From Octopus vulgaris (taxonomy: Eukaryota), in assembly GCA_951406725.2 (NCBI GenBank), contig OX597823.1:23188001-23252000 (forward strand): a DNA stretch of 64,000 nucleotides. The letters are read 5' to 3'. The position numbers were made by a program, and so were the translations under genes. The notes beneath the pieces were generated by a model. That model saw only the letters and a list, made by a program, of their open reading frames with translations, was not told the DNA's origin and did not search any database. Positions 60,373 through 64,000 of this stretch are shown piece after piece (position 1 is the stretch's first letter; every line of letters begins with the position of its first letter).

Positions 60373-62665
60373 CACTGGTCAACAAAATTAAATGTATTAT
60401 ACTCATTATAAATGCAAACCAACTTTTTTAGACTAATTTTTCATGTTGATTTCAAAATTTCACTCCATTTGTTTGTAGCACATATCAGTTTTTCAGTAGA
60501 TACATGAAAATATTTACATATTTGTATATATGAAATCATTAACATAATAAATAAGGACATATTATTTTTAGAAAGCAAATGAGTTTATTGAGTTAAAAAT
60601 CATCAAATACCATTCTACAAAAAGTGAATATGCAAAAAATGGGTCTGACAAAACAGACAAAGTTAGAATAACAGGATTAGAAAAACATTGTGATCTGGAT
60701 TTCCTGCAGTGTTCCTGATCTGGTTGATCATAGTAAAGTGTCCAGCAAAAGTCAGCCAGCTTACTGTCATTCCAGATGCCTTGGTACCATTTCTCCATAA
60801 CACTAATGTCCTGGTGAAATATTTCCCCATATTCATCAAACACTGCTCCAATGTTAGCAGCGAAGAAATCCAGATGGAAGTCCAAGAAGTAAACTTTCAG
60901 GGACATGCGACAACCCATTGCTGAGTAACATTTCAGAAGATTCTTGATGCTATCCTTGTAGCCCATTCCTTCTTGTTGCCCAAGAAATTCGCACAGATCC
61001 AATTGAAAGCATTCCAGGCAGGCAGTTCCAGTTCATCCAGTGTTGTCTTGAAGTTGACATCATGGAGTACTTCTCTAATTTGGAGTCCAACAAAGATACC
61101 TTCTTTCAACTTCGCCTGTGTGATTTTGGGAAACTTTTCTACAATATACTCAAACCCTCTGGGATTTCTCTTCTCTAGTGTCTTTACAAACAGTTTCTTC
61201 AGTCCAAGATTTATGTGCAAAGGAGGCAATAGGACATTACATGGATCCACAAGAGGTGTATTCTTGACGCTAGACAGTCCTGGCTGGTATGTTGTTCTTG
61301 TCTGCTAGCTTGATTCTGAATAATGTCTGTCAGTTGCTCAACTATCCCATAGACACAAGAAATAACAGTTTTTTATGAAACCTGACTGCATTCCCATTAA
61401 CATTCCAATGACTTAAATCTCCACATATTTTCCATGAGTATCTTTCAGAGGCAATGACGTGAAGTAAAAGTTCCATATTCTCAGGATTCAAAGTGTGCAA
61501 AGGGAATGGAAGGCTTCAAATTAATATTATGGAGAAGTACAGCTTTTAAACTTTGTTTTGAAGAGTCAATGAACAAATGCCACTCTGCAGGATCATGATT
61601 TTGTGATAAACATTCGAAAAGTCTATCGATGTTACTGCAAAAGCAAAGTGGCCCTTCAACAGAAAAACATTTCTCTGCTGAAAATAAGTTATATGAACAC
61701 TGTGCTCTAGCAGATACTTCTTTAGTCTTGCTGCCAACAGTTCTGCTTTATCTTTTGAGAGGGATAGGTCTCTGACAAGGTAGTTCAGTTCAGCTTGGGA
61801 AAATTTCTGAGGTTCAAAGCTGTTGTCATCAGCCATATAATCTTCCTTTGCAGCACTATCGTGACAGCATCATCATCTGGTGGAACTGGAATTGGCAGAC
61901 TTCCATTGTGAGGTCTCATTGCAGAAACCCAATTTGGATACACAATTTTTTGTATTTATTCCTCATAGAAAATCCTGTAGCATTTACTTTGCAAAAATAA
62001 CAGTCATTAAAATGGTCTTTTGGCTCCCTCCATATCATTGGAATGGCAAAATGCATGGACTTCTTATTGAACCAGTCATGTAAGCCATTTGAGCAAGCTG
62101 AGCAGATAAAATGTGGTGCCCATAAATTGTCCTGATCTCCAAGAAGATAGTCAAAGTATAGCTTATAAATCTTCTTGTTATTGTACGTTTTTGAGCTTTG
62201 ACAATAAATTGTCCACAGACAATAAAACACATCAGGACGATTTCTACACTGTCTTCCCATTGTTAACACTGCAAAACAAGTAAGGAAATCGATACAAACA
62301 GTTATACTGAATTTGAGATGATGAGATATTTCATCAGACCAAATATGACTAGACAATTTGAGATGTTGAAATACCTATTTCATCAGACAAAACAGGGTTA
62401 GTTAATTTAAGATGATGAAATATTGCATCTGAACAATGCAACAATGAATAATGTAATTTATTTTAAAGGTATGTTTCCATATGAAATACATGCCTATGCA
62501 TTAATTGTAATTTCTATATAATGCATGAGCTAAAACCATAAAACTTTCACATCTTGAAAACTGTACGTGATATCAAAAAACTAATTGCATATTTGAAATC
62601 AGCATTAAAAACTACACTAAGTACATGTTGATATATGCTTGATAAAAAATACTTGTTGACCAGTG
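60373..62665 (-). mobile_element. Full-length Chapaev3 (CMC superfamily) DNA transposon, degraded transposase
   Basis: TIR CACTGGTCAACAA / TTGTTGACCAGTG with TAA TSD. Motifs LGDQDNLWAPHFIC, PMIWREPKDHFNDCYFC, LVRDLSLSK, LFIDSS, LPPLHINLGL, KLKEGIFVG and HLDFF..GE.FHQDI..E..YQG.W....LADFCW. Confidence 0.92.
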
Positions 62666-63402
62666 TAATGGTTTCTAATTTAGGCAAATGCTGGCAATTT
62701 TAAAGGAAAGGCGTTAGTCAATACTTTAGACCCTAATGCTTGACTGGTACTTTATTTTATCAACCCTGAAAGTCAATGATGACCTCATTAGGTTTTGAAT
62801 TCAGAATGTAAAGAACTAGAAAGAATAACACGTTACATTTTTTCTGGTAATCTAGTGATTCTGCTGACTCACCATGTTATTGCTACCGTTAATAACAACA
62901 ACAATATTTAGGTGGTTTCACACCTTCCACTGCCCAAGTAATTCCTTCAAATCAGAACCAAGGACCACCCTTATAATGTGGGAAAACGGATTTAAATGGT
63001 AAAAAAAATTTTTTTTGAATATAATTTTATTATATTTCTTTTTTATGATAATAATGATAACAAATGTTTTGTTGATAAAATAATGGTTTATGGGAACATC
63101 CTATGCGGTCAATTGTATAAGGAGTGAAAATAAATTCTCTTTAAACATTTATTGTTTAAAAAATATGAACGTTATTCTGTATTATATTAAACAAAGCAAA
63201 AAAGGTAAAAATAAAACCCTTTGGTGTTTTGTGATATTTTCTTAAAAACCATACAGTCCTCTCAGTGAAATGTTTTTCTTCTATAGAAACAGTAGCAGTT
63301 ATGTTTGGTGTTACATCTTATTAAAATAGCTTCCAATACTGGACATATGTTGATGGTTTATGCTCTGTCTCATAAAAAAGCTACCTTGTTTGTGGTCTAG
63401 AC

Positions 63403-63577
63403 CAGTGTGCCGCAACATACTGGTGTGTTACAAGACGATGCTAGGTGTGCCACTGTGTAACCTGAATATAATTATTTTCCCCCTATACTTTTAGTTATAT
63501 TTTTAGTTCAGGTGTGCTGCTGAATTTTGAAAAGAATATAAGTGTATTGCAAGTGAAAAAAAGGTTGCTGAGCACTG
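63403..63577. mobile_element. hAT (Charlie/Buster-type) MITE
   Basis: CAGTG..CACTG termini with a perfect 8-bp TSD GTCTAGAC on both sides. Confidence 0.85.
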
Positions 63578-64000
63578 GTCTAGACACTTAATATTCACTC
63601 ACTCCTCCAAGATGTAAATAAATGCCAATGCTAGCATCATTACATTGCTACTCTCAACCACCAGACGTTGCAAGTTGAGCCTCTACCAGATAATTTGTTT
63701 CTATGTTGGGTTATTTCATCTTACTATTTTAATCCCTTTTGGATTACAGGAATTTCACTGAAGAGTTTGTTTTCATGGGTTAAGAAATTCAAATCACAAC
63801 TATGTGGGTTCAGATTTGATCCCCATTGCACTGCATCTTGGTCCAATGTTTTCTGCTGGAGCCTCCAGTTGACCAATATCTTATTAAATTTAGCAGAGAC
63901 AGAAACTGTGCAGAAACCTGCCATACACAAATTCACACACACACACACGCATACTCTGCCTTGGGAGCGAATTTAGTAGATGGAAACTGTAGGAAGCCCA

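Overview
AT-rich, repeat-dense animal genomic DNA, most likely an octopus or other coleoid cephalopod (inferred from the SINE/RTE repeat repertoire). Most ORFs in the supplied track are spurious or repeat-derived; the real genes are spliced and were reconstructed by hand from GT-AG sites and reading-frame phase. (1) A minus-strand gene starts near 8140 with a 5'TOP/TCT-like promoter. Its N-terminus (MVAESKKGDKASKKAEATPKKAEAPKKVE...) is built from 17-21 nt micro-exons, one recently duplicated, and it appears to host intronic H/ACA snoRNA(s). It is probably a ribosomal protein or other translation gene and continues off the left edge. (2) A plus-strand gene with 4 coding exons (17149-24714) encodes a 142-aa secreted protein with 4 mature Cys and weak anti-lipopolysaccharide-factor (ALF)-like features. 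(3) NDUFAF2 has 6 coding exons (30085-48376). (4) SMIM15 has a single-exon CDS (55774-56007); the NDUFAF2-SMIM15 pair are also neighbours in human. The rest is transposons: RTE and CR1 LINE fragments, tRNA-derived SINEs, mariners, a full-length Chapaev3, piggyBac/hAT/pogo MITEs, a Helitron, a ~790-bp foldback element, an ORF1-only retroelement and Penelope-like remnants.
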